Assembly: GCA_965203805.1 (NCBI GenBank) | Contig: OZ241917.1 | Span: 1,760,001 to 1,824,000 of the forward strand | DNA length: 64,000 nucleotides | From: Candidatus Latescibacterota bacterium | GTDB lineage: Bacteria; Latescibacterota; UBA2968; GCA-2709665 | Reading direction: 5' to 3' | Shown here: one piece after another, positions 41,591-52,006 of the stretch | Layout: each line of letters starts with the position of its first letter | Position numbering within the stretch: position 1 is the first letter of the stretch | Made by a program: the position numbers and the translations under genes | Notes under the pieces: generated by a model | The model's input: only the letters and a program-made list of their open reading frames with translations | What the model was told of the DNA's origin: nothing | The model's database searches: none

Positions 41591-42447
41591 CTGTCGGCGC
41601 GACGCAGGTACAGGCCATTCTCTCGCTGCTGGCCGACCGTGACGCCGAGATCGTTGACATCGTCCGGAACAAACTGTTCACGATGGGCGAGCCGGTTGTT
41701 CGAATGATTCTGGATGCGGCGCCGAAAGGGTCGCCTGCACAACGGGAAGCGGGCAGGATTCTGTTGTGCCTTAAGGATCCTCCACTGGAAGCACAAATCC
41801 GGAATCTGCAGGAGAACCCAGCCGGCGACATCGACCTGGAAACGGCGTCTTTTACCCTGGCCAGGCTCGCATATCCCGCCCTCGACATCCAGCATTACCG
41901 AAGTCGGCTCAACAAGATGGCGGACGACCTGGCGCTATCGGTCGCCCCCGACGACCATCCGCTCCGGGTCATTCAGACCCTGAACCAATATATCTTCGAG
42001 TCACAGGGATTCCGAGGCCGGAAAAATGAACCCGTCGGTCCCGACGCCAGTTACATGAACCGGGTTCTGGATCGTAAGACGGGCCTTCCCATCTCAATAT
42101 CGGCGCTGTACATTTTCCTGGCCCGCCGGCTTGATCTTCCAATCTTCGGTGTCGGAATGCCCATACACTTTATCGCAAAGTACAAGTCGACCGACGGCAC
42201 CGAGTACCTGTTCGATCCCTGCAACAAGGGGCAGCTCTTGACGGCGAATGAATGCGCGGAATTCCTCTGGCGTTTCGACGTGGCATTCGAGCCAGCCATG
42301 CTGCGCCCGTCATCCGACCGGCTGATTCTCACGCGCATGATGCTCAACCTGTGCGCTGCCTACAGAAATCAAAACGATACGCGAAAGATCGACGCGCTCC
42401 AGCGTCTGGTCCGGATCGTCCTCAAGCATTCTCCGTTACAGGAATAA
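41587..42447 (+). CDS. SirB1/transglutaminase-like family protein
   Basis: [30 protein letters not shown]. Confidence 0.82.
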   Translation: MTVGATQVQAILSLLADRDAEIVDIVRNKLFTMGEPVVRMILDAAPKGSPAQREAGRILLCLKDPPLEAQIRNLQENPAGDIDLETASFTLARLAYPALDIQHYRSRLNKMADDLALSVAPDDHPLRVIQTLNQYIFESQGFRGRKNEPVGPDASYMNRVLDRKTGLPISISALYIFLARRLDLPIFGVGMPIHFIAKYKSTDGTEYLFDPCNKGQLLTANECAEFLWRFDVAFEPAMLRPSSDRLILTRMMLNLCAAYRNQNDTRKIDALQRLVRIVLKHSPLQE

Positions 42448-42526
42448 CCGATTCCTTCAATTCCGAATTACCCGGCCGGACGTTCCCTAATTGAGGGGAA
42501 CCCGCGTCCGTCGCAGTGCCCGACTC

Positions 42527-42994
42527 ATGCCCGAGAATACCAAAATTGTCGCGAAGAACCGCAAAGCCGGACGAGACTACTTTTTCGTTGACGGCTACGA
42601 AGCCGGTATCGAGCTCAAAGGTACGGAGGTGAAGTCGCTGCGCCTCGGCAACGCAAATATGGCCGACAGCTATGCTCGCGTGGAAAACGGGGAGGTCTAC
42701 CTGCACAACCTTCACATCGGCGAATACACCCAGGCCAACCGCTTGAATCACGATCCTGTCCGCAAACGCCGTCTGTTGCTCCACAGATACGAAATCGACC
42801 GGCTAAGGGTCCGTACCGAAGAAAAGGGGCTGACACTGGTCGCCGTGAGGCTTTACTTCAAACGCGGCAGAGTCAAGGTCGAACTTGCCCTCGCCAGGGG
42901 CAAACGCGAATACGACCGGCGCCGGGAGATTGCCAAACGCGACGCACAACGTGAGATGCGGCGAGAACTCAAGGCACGCGCAACGCGGTCTTGA
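42527..42994 (+). CDS. smpB: SsrA-binding protein
   Basis: NRKA, EAGIELKGTEVKSLR, RKRRLLLH, GKREYDRR. Confidence 0.96.
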   Translation: MPENTKIVAKNRKAGRDYFFVDGYEAGIELKGTEVKSLRLGNANMADSYARVENGEVYLHNLHIGEYTQANRLNHDPVRKRRLLLHRYEIDRLRVRTEEKGLTLVAVRLYFKRGRVKVELALARGKREYDRRREIAKRDAQREMRRELKARATRS

Positions 42995-43899
42995 ATCAAG
43001 ACCTTATTAACGAAAACTCACCCGGAACTGATCCATCGATGCGAATCGAGCTTCCCCGCAGCGACCCGGGATACTTCTATGATCCCAGGGTCACGGCCGG
43101 TCTTCACGGAGAAATCAGACTCTCTCCCAGGGTCGAGAGGCATTGCCGGTGCGGCGGCAAGCCCCCGTATCAGACATTTCAGCGGCCGGACGCCAGGCCG
43201 GCCTGGTGTCCCTGCCGGCGGTACCGGATGAAAACACACGATATCAACCGGCTGATCGGAAACTCCGGCATTCCCGGGCCGTTTCGATATAAATTCCTGG
43301 ACGATTTTTACGAGAGTTACGATGGAAAACCGATTGGCGGTGCGAAGCAACTCAAACGTCAGTTACGCAGCCTGATCGAAAAAGCCCGCGATTCGAACGC
43401 ATCTCCGGATAAGGACGCACAGGCCGTAGCCGTCCAACCGATGAGGGGGTACTTTCTCACAGGCAAACCGGGTGTCGGAAAGACCTACTTCTCATATGTC
43501 GCGCTCAACGAGCTCATCTTTCACTCGGGGCGCCCGGGGAGATTCATCAGCCTGTCTAAAGCATTTTTCCAGACGCTGCGATTCGCGTTTGACGAAAACA
43601 GTCCAATGCATGGCAAGTCCGAGACTTTTCTGCGTACCCTCGGCAACGTTCCATTCCTGGTCATCGACGACTTTGGCGTTCAGCGGAATACGGAGTGGGA
43701 GCTGGAAATGCTCTACAATCTGGTGGATACACGATATGCCAACCGGCGATTCACGATTGTAACCACCAACCAGGACATCGAGAATGTGAAAGACCTGGCT
43801 GAAGGCAGGCTCTATTCGAGATTTATCGAAATGTGTTACGTCATCCGGATCAAGGCGTCGGACTTCCGGGAACACGCCCGAAAGGAATACGAAATATGA
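42991..43899 (+). CDS. DnaC/IstB-like AAA+ ATPase with N-terminal Cys pairs
   Basis: CRCGG...WCPC; Walker A GKPGVGKT; Walker B LVIDDFG; TIVTTN; RLYSRFIEMC. Confidence 0.85.
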   Translation: MNQDLINENSPGTDPSMRIELPRSDPGYFYDPRVTAGLHGEIRLSPRVERHCRCGGKPPYQTFQRPDARPAWCPCRRYRMKTHDINRLIGNSGIPGPFRYKFLDDFYESYDGKPIGGAKQLKRQLRSLIEKARDSNASPDKDAQAVAVQPMRGYFLTGKPGVGKTYFSYVALNELIFHSGRPGRFISLSKAFFQTLRFAFDENSPMHGKSETFLRTLGNVPFLVIDDFGVQRNTEWELEMLYNLVDTRYANRRFTIVTTNQDIENVKDLAEGRLYSRFIEMCYVIRIKASDFREHARKEYEI

Positions 43900-43972
43900 G
43901 ATCGGGTCCGGGTGTGGTCGGGTCGTCAGACCACAGAACCGTTCCGCAGGATTCAACGTCAAAAACAGGAAT

Positions 43973-44566
43973 GTGATGTCGCACGTGGTGGTCGCTACGA
44001 AAAACCCCGGCAAGTTCAGAGAGATCCGGGAAATACTGGGTTCGGAAATCCGGCTTCTTTCTCTGGCCGACTTCCCTGACGTCGGGGATATTGTGGAGGA
44101 CGGCAGGACTTTCGAGGCCAACGCCATCAAGAAAGCACTTTCAGTCGCCCTGCATACAGGCCGCGTCTCTCTCGCCGACGATTCGGGCCTGGAGGTGGAT
44201 GCGCTCGATGGGGCTCCGGGTGTTTACTCCGCGCGATTCGCGGGTGAAGAAGCCACCGACAGGCAGAACAACGAAAAGCTCCTCAGGCTTCTCGAAGACA
44301 CCCCGGACGCGGAACGTACCGCCCGTTTCCGTTGCGTAATCGCCGTCGGTGCGCCGGACGGCGCCGTCCGGACGGCCGAGGGCGCGGCCGAAGGGAGGAT
44401 TCTCCGAAGCTCGCGGGGAACAGGCGGATTCGGATACGATCCCCTGTTCCTGGCTTCCTCCGTCGGACGGACGTTTGCCGAATTGCCGCCGGAAGAAAAA
44501 AACAGGCTCAGTCATCGGGGAAGCGCATTGAAGTCGGCGATTCCTCTCTTGCGGAAGGTCCTCTGA
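43973..44566 (+). CDS. rdgB: XTP/dITP diphosphatase
   Basis: ATKNPGK, ADDSGL, GFGYDPLF, SHRG. Confidence 0.95.
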   Translation: MMSHVVVATKNPGKFREIREILGSEIRLLSLADFPDVGDIVEDGRTFEANAIKKALSVALHTGRVSLADDSGLEVDALDGAPGVYSARFAGEEATDRQNNEKLLRLLEDTPDAERTARFRCVIAVGAPDGAVRTAEGAAEGRILRSSRGTGGFGYDPLFLASSVGRTFAELPPEEKNRLSHRGSALKSAIPLLRKVL

Positions 44567-44611
44567 ATCGGAAGGAACCGAGGCCGGGCAGCGCGGCGCC
44601 CGTCCCGCCGC

Positions 44612-44836
44612 TTAACAGTCCGTTTCAGATTCGGAGTCGTCGACGTTGGAGCGACGTTGATACCGCCGCACCCGCCGAGCGAAAATCCAGACCAGTCCCG
44701 CCACCGCCAGGTATTTCAACACCTCCCAAACCCACCCCTCCCATCCAAGAATCACCGGCCAAAGCGCAAATATCGACAGCAGGATGAACAAGTCCTCCAG
44801 CGCCACCCAGATGCGGCGTTCGTTGCCGTTCGACAA
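44612..44836 (-). CDS. Small membrane protein
   Basis: 74 aa with two hydrophobic helices; directly follows the transglycosylase gene. Confidence 0.6.
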   Translation of the reverse strand: MSNGNERRIWVALEDLFILLSIFALWPVILGWEGWVWEVLKYLAVAGLVWIFARRVRRYQRRSNVDDSESETDC

Positions 44837-44840
44837 AAGT

Positions 44841-47021
44841 CTATCCTCCCGCGTCGGTTTCCTGTTGCAGATAGGAGTACACCTGATAATTGCGATACAC
44901 CAGCTTTACGTAATTGCGTGTCTCCCGGTACGGAATGCTCTCAACGAACTCATCCACGTCGTGCTCCGGGAACCGGGCCGACCATTTCCGCGCCACTTTC
45001 AATCCGGCGTTATATGCCGATAGGGCCAGGCCCAACTGTCTGTCTTTACTGCGCCTGAAAGACCGGAAGTGATCGGCCAGATGTCTGGCGCCCAGCCGAA
45101 TGGACGTGTGGGGATCCCACAGATCGTCCGTAGTGAAACCTTTGAGACGCAGCTTGCGCGCCACCCGGCGTCCCGTGGCCGGCATGACCTGCATCAACCC
45201 GCGGGCGCCCGCCCGCGACAATGCCATTTCATCAAACGCGCTTTCCTGTCGCATAATTGCAATGACCAGATTCGGGTCCAGCCCGAGATCCTGAGCCGCC
45301 CGGGTGATCTCGCCCCAGTAGTAGGTCGGATACATTCTGCGAAATGACGTCAAAGATATCGGCACCCCCTGTTCGCGTTCCAGATTAAGGATCCGGCCGG
45401 ATACCCGAAACGCCTGGTTCATCGCACCGATGCGTTCATATCGCCGCTGCAATTCACTCAGGGCGAAAATCTCCCGTCTGTGCGCCCATCCCGCGTGTCT
45501 GTACTCCTGTTCTGCTTCATCGTAGAGGCCCAGGTCGGCCAACCTGTCTCCCTTGAGCAGGTACGGTGACGGTTCGTAGGTTTGCTGCAACCCGTCGTCC
45601 CCCGGCGACGCCGGCGCCCGAGGGTGTGCTCTATCTTTCAGAGCCAGCAACGCCCGCGCACGAGATCCGTAGTACGAGGTTGGGAAGCCGGCTGCGGCCC
45701 GCCGGATCCAGTCCGCGCCCAACGCTTTCCGTCCTGCCCGTTGATAGGACTTGCCGGCCCAGTAATAGGCCTGGTCCCGCATGTAATGTTCCGTTGTCTG
45801 CTCCGCCAGCTTCAGAAAGACGCGGGCTGCATTCTTGAATCGTCCCAGACCGTAGAGTGCATAGCCCGCGCGCCATCTGGCGCGATCTGCAAGATGGCTG
45901 CGAGGATACCTGCCGGCCAGATTCAGAAATACTTCACGCGCCTTTGTTCGCCTGCCCCTCCGCTCATAAGCCATTGCGGCCTGCCAGAGCGCCTCGGCAG
46001 CCCCGGGCGTTTCGGGATACCGGCGTGCGAACGACTGAAACCGGCCGGCCGCTTTCAAATCGAGCCCGAGCTTCACGTAACAGCGCCCGAGATGAAACAG
46101 CGCCTTCGGCGTCCGGTATCGGCGATGCGCTATCTGAAATGCCTGCTCCGCTGTCCGGTAATCCTTTTGTTTATATAGGGTCAGCCCCAGTTCCAGCTGC
46201 GCGCGACCCTGCCATGCGGCATCACGCGACTTCCTGACGATCTGCCGAAGCATCCGGACGGCCTCGCGAAACCGTGCGTGGCGTGAAGATGCGACAGCCG
46301 CGTAATATTGTTCCTGTACCGATCGCAATTGCCCGATCCCATCCAGCGCGTCAGCCGCCTCGCGCGACCCGGGGTGATCCCGCACGAGGCGCAGCCGGAT
46401 TCGCCTGGCATCCGCCGAATCTCCCGCGGCCTCCAACGCGCCCGCAAGACCCGCGAGCGCCCTCACCGCGTGACGGCTCGCGTCCGGCAGTCGCCGGTAC
46501 ATCCCGGCCGCTTCCGGCGCCTGTCGCGCCTGCAAATAGAGTTCAGCCGCCTGGATGGCCGCGTCTTCAAACAGCGGACCCGACGGCCGCCTTTCTACGG
46601 CCCGCGCGAGATACACCCGTGCGCTGTCGGGCCGCCCGATCCCCCGGTGGCATTCGGCCTGCCAGAAATCCAAATAATCGAGTATCCCCTCAGACGCGTT
46701 CTTTGCAGCGCGGAATCCGGCAAGCGCATCATCAAATCGTCCAAGCTCCTTCAAACACAGGGCACGCTGAAGTCCCGCCCTGCGAATCGCCCAATCGTCC
46801 ATTCCGGCCTGATCCATCCGGGACAGCACATGCAGCGCGTTCCGGAACGCTCCACGTGAGATCAGGGTCTCGGCAAGCGCCAGCCGGTCCAGGCGTTCCC
46901 CTCTTGCCAGACGCCCGGGAACCGCCAGGACAGCCGACACCACAAGCGCCATGGTCATTCCGGCAAGGCATACTTCGCTCAGCTTGAACCGGACCAGGGC
47001 ATTCTTGTACTTGGAATTCAT
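44841..47021 (-). CDS. TPR-containing soluble lytic transglycosylase (Slt family)
   Basis: IMRQESAF, GARGLMQVMP, AYNAG, ETRNYV. Confidence 0.92.
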   Translation of the reverse strand: MNSKYKNALVRFKLSEVCLAGMTMALVVSAVLAVPGRLARGERLDRLALAETLISRGAFRNALHVLSRMDQAGMDDWAIRRAGLQRALCLKELGRFDDALAGFRAAKNASEGILDYLDFWQAECHRGIGRPDSARVYLARAVERRPSGPLFEDAAIQAAELYLQARQAPEAAGMYRRLPDASRHAVRALAGLAGALEAAGDSADARRIRLRLVRDHPGSREAADALDGIGQLRSVQEQYYAAVASSRHARFREAVRMLRQIVRKSRDAAWQGRAQLELGLTLYKQKDYRTAEQAFQIAHRRYRTPKALFHLGRCYVKLGLDLKAAGRFQSFARRYPETPGAAEALWQAAMAYERRGRRTKAREVFLNLAGRYPRSHLADRARWRAGYALYGLGRFKNAARVFLKLAEQTTEHYMRDQAYYWAGKSYQRAGRKALGADWIRRAAAGFPTSYYGSRARALLALKDRAHPRAPASPGDDGLQQTYEPSPYLLKGDRLADLGLYDEAEQEYRHAGWAHRREIFALSELQRRYERIGAMNQAFRVSGRILNLEREQGVPISLTSFRRMYPTYYWGEITRAAQDLGLDPNLVIAIMRQESAFDEMALSRAGARGLMQVMPATGRRVARKLRLKGFTTDDLWDPHTSIRLGARHLADHFRSFRRSKDRQLGLALSAYNAGLKVARKWSARFPEHDVDEFVESIPYRETRNYVKLVYRNYQVYSYLQQETDAGG

Positions 47022-47109
47022 GGCGGGTGGACAACGGATGCCATCTCAGGCGCGTACGTGGCAATCGTCGAACCGGGTGCTTTAACGCCCGTGTTTCCTG
47101 ATGACGTCG

Positions 47110-48612
47110 TTATTGGAATAAACTGCGGAAATCCTCAATGACGGCCAGAATGCCGAAGTACGTGAACACGAGGCCGCAAAGGATGTTCAGCGTGACGAGA
47201 AACGAACCCATTCTGAGCGGTCGGGGAAGGTATTTGCGGTCGACCCATACCATCGCGAAGCACCATGGTCCGGCCAACAGCACTCCTGTAATGTGGAGCG
47301 GAATCGTCATCATCGAAATCGGGTTCCAACCCACGCCACGGGGATCCTGTGACGCCGTCCACCAGGCGTAGACCACGAGTCCGATCGCCGCAACGCCGGA
47401 GTAGAGGAGCGTCCACAGGCGCATCCTGTCCAGGGGGAGACTCCGCCATTTCACGGACACGGAACGGACACATTCGTGCGCCGTACGCACGTAGAGTTCG
47501 AACGCACCGTAGACCGTGCCGAAGATTGCGAAGAATACACCGGCCTTGTAGAGCGCCGACAGGAGGATCTGCGCCGTTTTTCCGGGATGCAGCTGTGTGA
47601 GAAAGACGACCTGGTAATTGTAGAGGTCCATTCCCGACGGGACGATCCGGTTGGGTTGCAACAGCGTTGCCCCGAGTATGAGAAACGTCGCGGTGAACAC
47701 GAGCACGCTGCCGAACGACACCGTACAGTCGATAAGGGGCGCCTTCAGCCACCTCAGGCCAAGCCGGACATTCGCTTCATCTTCCGCAAGGGCCGGTCTC
47801 CGGCTTCCGCCCGTCACCCGGCCGATCAGCCCCCAGGCCTTCTCTCTCATCATGCCCACGTACCCCACGTAGTCCTGAACGCCGCCACCCATAACGCCCA
47901 TATACGCCACCATCTCCACGATCAGCGTTCGATCGGCGAACGCCGGGTTCGCCTTGACCCACTGCGGGTAGTCCGGCAACGCCGGCGTTACCGCGCCGGC
48001 GAATACCGACGGCCAGTCCGGATTCACGGCAAACGTCGCAATGATCATCAACAGCAGCATCGCCCCGACGAGCATCAGCTGTATACGCTCCAGAAACCCG
48101 TAGCTCTGTATCAGGGTCAGCGCGGCCAGCAGAAGGATGAACAGAATTGCAATGGCATGCGGGTACAGCCCGGGATTTCCGAACAGCACCCAGGAGGTGA
48201 TCGTACCCAGCATGATAGGCAGGCTCGAAAGGTAGAACGGAAATGCCACGATGACCACGCCCCCGATCAGGCCCGGAAACAGCCCGCGCGGACCGGGCAG
48301 AGCCGCCCACCGTTCCATCGGATGTTCGCCCGTCAGCGTCATGTAACGCGCTGCGGTATAGACCTGCACCCCCTTCGTGAGGCAGAAGAGGCTGAAGGCC
48401 CAGAACATCGCATATCCGAAGATCGCCCCGCTGCGCGAAGCCCACACCGTTTCTCCGCTGCCTATGGTCACCGACGCGATGACGGCGCCGGGTCCGAAGA
48501 ATTTCAGGAAATCCGTCACCCGCCGCGAGCGCAGTTCAGCCGCCAATTCAGGAAAACGCTGTTCCTGTACCTCAGGGTTCACGAAAGCCCTCCCACGGTC
48601 CGGCGGATCCAT
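47110..48612 (-). CDS. Nramp-like/APC superfamily transporter
   Basis: FGPGAVIASVTIGSGE, multiple TM helices. Confidence 0.8.
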   Translation of the reverse strand: MDPPDRGRAFVNPEVQEQRFPELAAELRSRRVTDFLKFFGPGAVIASVTIGSGETVWASRSGAIFGYAMFWAFSLFCLTKGVQVYTAARYMTLTGEHPMERWAALPGPRGLFPGLIGGVVIVAFPFYLSSLPIMLGTITSWVLFGNPGLYPHAIAILFILLLAALTLIQSYGFLERIQLMLVGAMLLLMIIATFAVNPDWPSVFAGAVTPALPDYPQWVKANPAFADRTLIVEMVAYMGVMGGGVQDYVGYVGMMREKAWGLIGRVTGGSRRPALAEDEANVRLGLRWLKAPLIDCTVSFGSVLVFTATFLILGATLLQPNRIVPSGMDLYNYQVVFLTQLHPGKTAQILLSALYKAGVFFAIFGTVYGAFELYVRTAHECVRSVSVKWRSLPLDRMRLWTLLYSGVAAIGLVVYAWWTASQDPRGVGWNPISMMTIPLHITGVLLAGPWCFAMVWVDRKYLPRPLRMGSFLVTLNILCGLVFTYFGILAVIEDFRSLFQ

Positions 48613-48631
48613 CGGACGCGGCGGAAGAAGA

Positions 48632-49597
48632 TCACCTGACCGCGAACGGATTTCCCGGCGATCCGGTGGCGCCCTTCAGCCGAAGCGGTGCAAAAACGAA
48701 CGCGAATTCGTAAACCCCGTCTGCCGCCAGCCCGTCGAGGTCGAGATTCTCCAGGATATAGACACCGCTGCGCTGGATCAGCAATTCATGGACTCTGAAC
48801 GCTCCGAACGTGTCTTCCCCGGGCACGGCCTCGACCGCCCACGTATCCGCGCCGACCATGACGATCTTCTTTTCAAGCAGCCACCGCGCGGCTTCCAGCC
48901 CGATTCCCGGCTGGCCCGAATTGTAGGTCTCATTGTCGACCATCCATAATTTCCCGTGGCCTGTACGGATCAGTACGACGTCCCCTTCCGTGACCGCCAC
49001 GGCCTGCTTCTTCAGGGCCCCTTCGATGTCCGCCGCGGTAATCACATATCCCACTTCCAACCGCTCCACGCCCTTGTAGCCCACCACGTCCACCAGGACA
49101 CCGCGTGTAAAGAACACCCCTACGTTCTCAACGCCCAGTTTCTCCAGTCCGTAAGCCGACCCGACCTCCGACCGCGTAAACCCATTGTAGAAGATATCCT
49201 GATTGCCCTTGCGCGTGCCGATGTGGCCCAACCCATCGAACTGGGTTCCCACCTGTCCGATCTCCCCGCTGAACATTTCGTCGTACCAGACCAGCTGGTT
49301 TTCTCCGACCGGCCCTCCCGTCGGCGATCCGGGAATGGTCAGACTGTAGTGCCGGTTCCCGAAAAGCGGAATGCCGGGCTCGTACACCCGGCCGAGCTGA
49401 TAGGTCTTGCCGGCCCGGATCAAACCCGCCGCAGACAGGACCTTCTGCGGTGTCAGCCGGTTCATCGCGCCTCTCTGATCGCCTTCACCCCATTCCGAGG
49501 GCCACCATTTGTCTTCTTCCGCGCCTTGCTGCGCCATGGCCGGAGTCATCGCGATCAGGCAACCGACGAACAATACACACAGATATCGATTTTGCAT
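48632..49597 (-). CDS. Secreted cyclase-family (kynurenine formamidase-like) metallohydrolase
   Basis: Signal peptide; GTQFDGLGH, TRGVLVD, GDVVLIRTG, GATGSPGNP. Confidence 0.88.
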   Translation of the reverse strand: MQNRYLCVLFVGCLIAMTPAMAQQGAEEDKWWPSEWGEGDQRGAMNRLTPQKVLSAAGLIRAGKTYQLGRVYEPGIPLFGNRHYSLTIPGSPTGGPVGENQLVWYDEMFSGEIGQVGTQFDGLGHIGTRKGNQDIFYNGFTRSEVGSAYGLEKLGVENVGVFFTRGVLVDVVGYKGVERLEVGYVITAADIEGALKKQAVAVTEGDVVLIRTGHGKLWMVDNETYNSGQPGIGLEAARWLLEKKIVMVGADTWAVEAVPGEDTFGAFRVHELLIQRSGVYILENLDLDGLAADGVYEFAFVFAPLRLKGATGSPGNPFAVR

Positions 49598-49619
49598 ACC
49601 CGCCTCCTTGAGGGCGTAA

Positions 49620-49779
49620 CAGTCCGTTGAAAAAATCGCTCTGCAGGCGAGGCCGAGGCATTGTGGCCGAAGACCAGGCGCGCGACCGACACGAATCCCT
49701 TGATTCGGGAAGGGAGCGCAACGCCGTACTTCGGTCACAAGGGCCGGACGCAGACCGGATGGACTTTATCAACGGGCTG
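49620..49779 (-). mobile_element. MITE family A, complete 160-bp copy (inverted)
   Basis: TIRs CAGTCCGTTGAAAAA / TTTATCAACGGGCTG (13 of 15 complementary). Confidence 0.85.
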
Positions 49780-49982
49780 GCAGGGTTGACACGGTATCGG
49801 CGCACACCGGGATTATGATAATACCCCCAATGTCCAAAGGCAAGGACGGAATGCGAATATTGAGCCGACAGACAGAACCCTGTTGCGCCCGGAACATGCG
49901 CATGCTATCTTGGACGCTGTCCTCGACACCGCCTCCGAGGCACAGCGCCCACCCCGCCATCTTCGTTTCTCAAGGTGTGCCA

Positions 49983-51002
49983 ATGAAGACCGAAATTCTC
50001 GGCCGAACCGGCCTGGAGATCCCGATTGTGGGTCTCGGTACCGGCTTTATTGGCATCGCGGATCCCAACCGCGCGGCAGTGGAATACGATTTCATGGATG
50101 CTTGGACCGCTGACGGCCCGAAACCTTCCGGCGACGTCGCCGGTCGGTCCAGCCATATGGACGTCGAACTGGGAATCGCAACGGTGCACGCGGCGATCGA
50201 AGCCGGCTCCACGCTGATCGATACCGCCCCGCTGTACGGTTCCGGCAACAGCGAGTCCATCATCGGCGAGGCCCTCGATCAGCGACCCGACCTGGCGAAG
50301 CGGTGCACCGTCACCACAAAGGTGGGTCAGACGGCCGAAGGGCGGGACTATTCCTACGACGCCGTCATGCGGCAGGTAGAGGAGAGCCGGCGCCGGCTCG
50401 GAATCGACGGTTTCGATGTTCTCTACATCCACGATGCCATGGAAATTCCCGTTGAGGAGGTCATGGGCAGGAGCCGTGCCCTTGGCGCCCTGCGAAGGCT
50501 TCAGGATACGGGCGTCACGCGCTTTGTCGGCACCGCCGCCAACGACCCCTGCACCAACGCCTGGTACATCGAGACGGGGGAATTCGATGCCGCAGTCGTT
50601 CCCGATGCGCTGAGCCTGATCAATCAGCTTGCCGGCGAGCGCATCCTGCCTGCGGCGGTCAGACACAACGTGGGTCTCGTGGTTGCCACGCCGGTTGAAC
50701 GGGGACTGCTCGCCACCGGTCCCGTGAAGGGCGTCAATTACCTGGCCCGGAATTTCAGCCGGTCCTGCGTGGATCACGTCTCCAAAATCCAGACCCTTTG
50801 CGACGGACACGGGGTACCCATGGTTGCGGCAGCCCTTCAGTGGTGCACGCGCCATCCCCAGGTGGCCGCCACCATACCCGGCGCCCGTGTCCCGGCCGAG
50901 GCCCGTGCGAACGCCGATGCCGGAGCCGCTGAAATACCCGAAGCATTCTGGATGGAACTCGCCCCGCTCGTCCGCCACTTCGAAGTGGTCGTAGACCGCT
51001 AG
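49983..51002 (+). CDS. Aldo/keto reductase
   Basis: LGRTGL, IDTAPLYG, TTKVG, LYIHD, IPGAR. Confidence 0.92.
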   Translation: MKTEILGRTGLEIPIVGLGTGFIGIADPNRAAVEYDFMDAWTADGPKPSGDVAGRSSHMDVELGIATVHAAIEAGSTLIDTAPLYGSGNSESIIGEALDQRPDLAKRCTVTTKVGQTAEGRDYSYDAVMRQVEESRRRLGIDGFDVLYIHDAMEIPVEEVMGRSRALGALRRLQDTGVTRFVGTAANDPCTNAWYIETGEFDAAVVPDALSLINQLAGERILPAAVRHNVGLVVATPVERGLLATGPVKGVNYLARNFSRSCVDHVSKIQTLCDGHGVPMVAAALQWCTRHPQVAATIPGARVPAEARANADAGAAEIPEAFWMELAPLVRHFEVVVDR

Positions 51003-51039
51003 TTTACAGACAACCGAAAAAGCCGCGGATGTTCAGTAT

Positions 51040-51930
51040 ATGGCCTTAAAGCTGACCCTTCTGGGCACCGGGACCCCCACCCCCCTCGACCACCGCGCGG
51101 GCTCCGGATACCTCGTCAGGTTCGACGAGGAAGTCCTGCTGTTCGACTGCGGTCCGGGTGTCGCCCGGCGCCTCCTCGAAGCGGCCGTCCCGCCCGAGTC
51201 GCTGACGCGTCTCTTTCTGACCCATCTCCACTACGACCACTGTGTGGACTACGCGTGTATCGTACTCACCCGCTGGGACCAGGGCGCGGGCAAGATCCCC
51301 GACCTCGACGTGTACGGTCCTGCGCCGTTGATTCGCATGACGGAGAGACTCTTCGGGACAGACGGCGCCTTCGGGCCGGACCTCGATGCAAGAACAAGAC
51401 ACCCCGGCAGCGAGTTCGTTTACGAACGGAGGGGCGGAATTCTGCCCCGGAAACGGCCCCGCCCCGTCGTCACCGAAGTGGCGCACGGCTCGTGCATTCA
51501 TGTTGGAAACTGGCGAGTCGAAACCGCCGAAGTCATCCATGTTCAACCGCAGCTCACGTGCCTGGCCTACCGACTGAACACCCCCTGTGGGTCCGTCGTC
51601 TTCGGCGGCGACACCGCGCCGACCCCCCGGCTTACGGAACTGGCAAGAGGCGCGGACGTACTCATACACATGTGCCACCTGATGAACGATGTCGAACGGG
51701 ACCCGCGCATTACAGGCTGCTGCTCCGGCCACCTCGATGCCGCCCGGACCGCGTCGGAAGCGGGTGTCGGCACGGTGATTCTGACCCATGTGACGGAACA
51801 GCTGGAGCCACCCGGCGTCCGGGAGCGCCTCGTGGCGGAAGCCGCGCGCATTTTCAGCGGCCACATCGTCTTCGCGGAAGATCTCACGGAAGTGCCCGTC
51901 GGTCCCATCGATCCGGAACCCATCCGATAG
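51040..51930 (+). CDS. MBL-fold metallohydrolase (RNase Z/AtsA-like)
   Basis: LLGTGTP, FDCG, THLHYDH, GDT. Confidence 0.88.
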   Translation: MALKLTLLGTGTPTPLDHRAGSGYLVRFDEEVLLFDCGPGVARRLLEAAVPPESLTRLFLTHLHYDHCVDYACIVLTRWDQGAGKIPDLDVYGPAPLIRMTERLFGTDGAFGPDLDARTRHPGSEFVYERRGGILPRKRPRPVVTEVAHGSCIHVGNWRVETAEVIHVQPQLTCLAYRLNTPCGSVVFGGDTAPTPRLTELARGADVLIHMCHLMNDVERDPRITGCCSGHLDAARTASEAGVGTVILTHVTEQLEPPGVRERLVAEAARIFSGHIVFAEDLTEVPVGPIDPEPIR

Positions 51931-52006
51931 GCGGCGCCGGACGCGACCGGGGCGCGTCGCGATTGTCCGTTATCAGACTTCCGATCCACACTCCAGGAGC
52001 TTCAAA

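Noticed and set aside
42448-44000. tmRNA near smpB, or an IS21 element around the ATPase
   Set aside because: No GGGG...CCACCA tmRNA ends, and no istA or IS21-type terminal repeats
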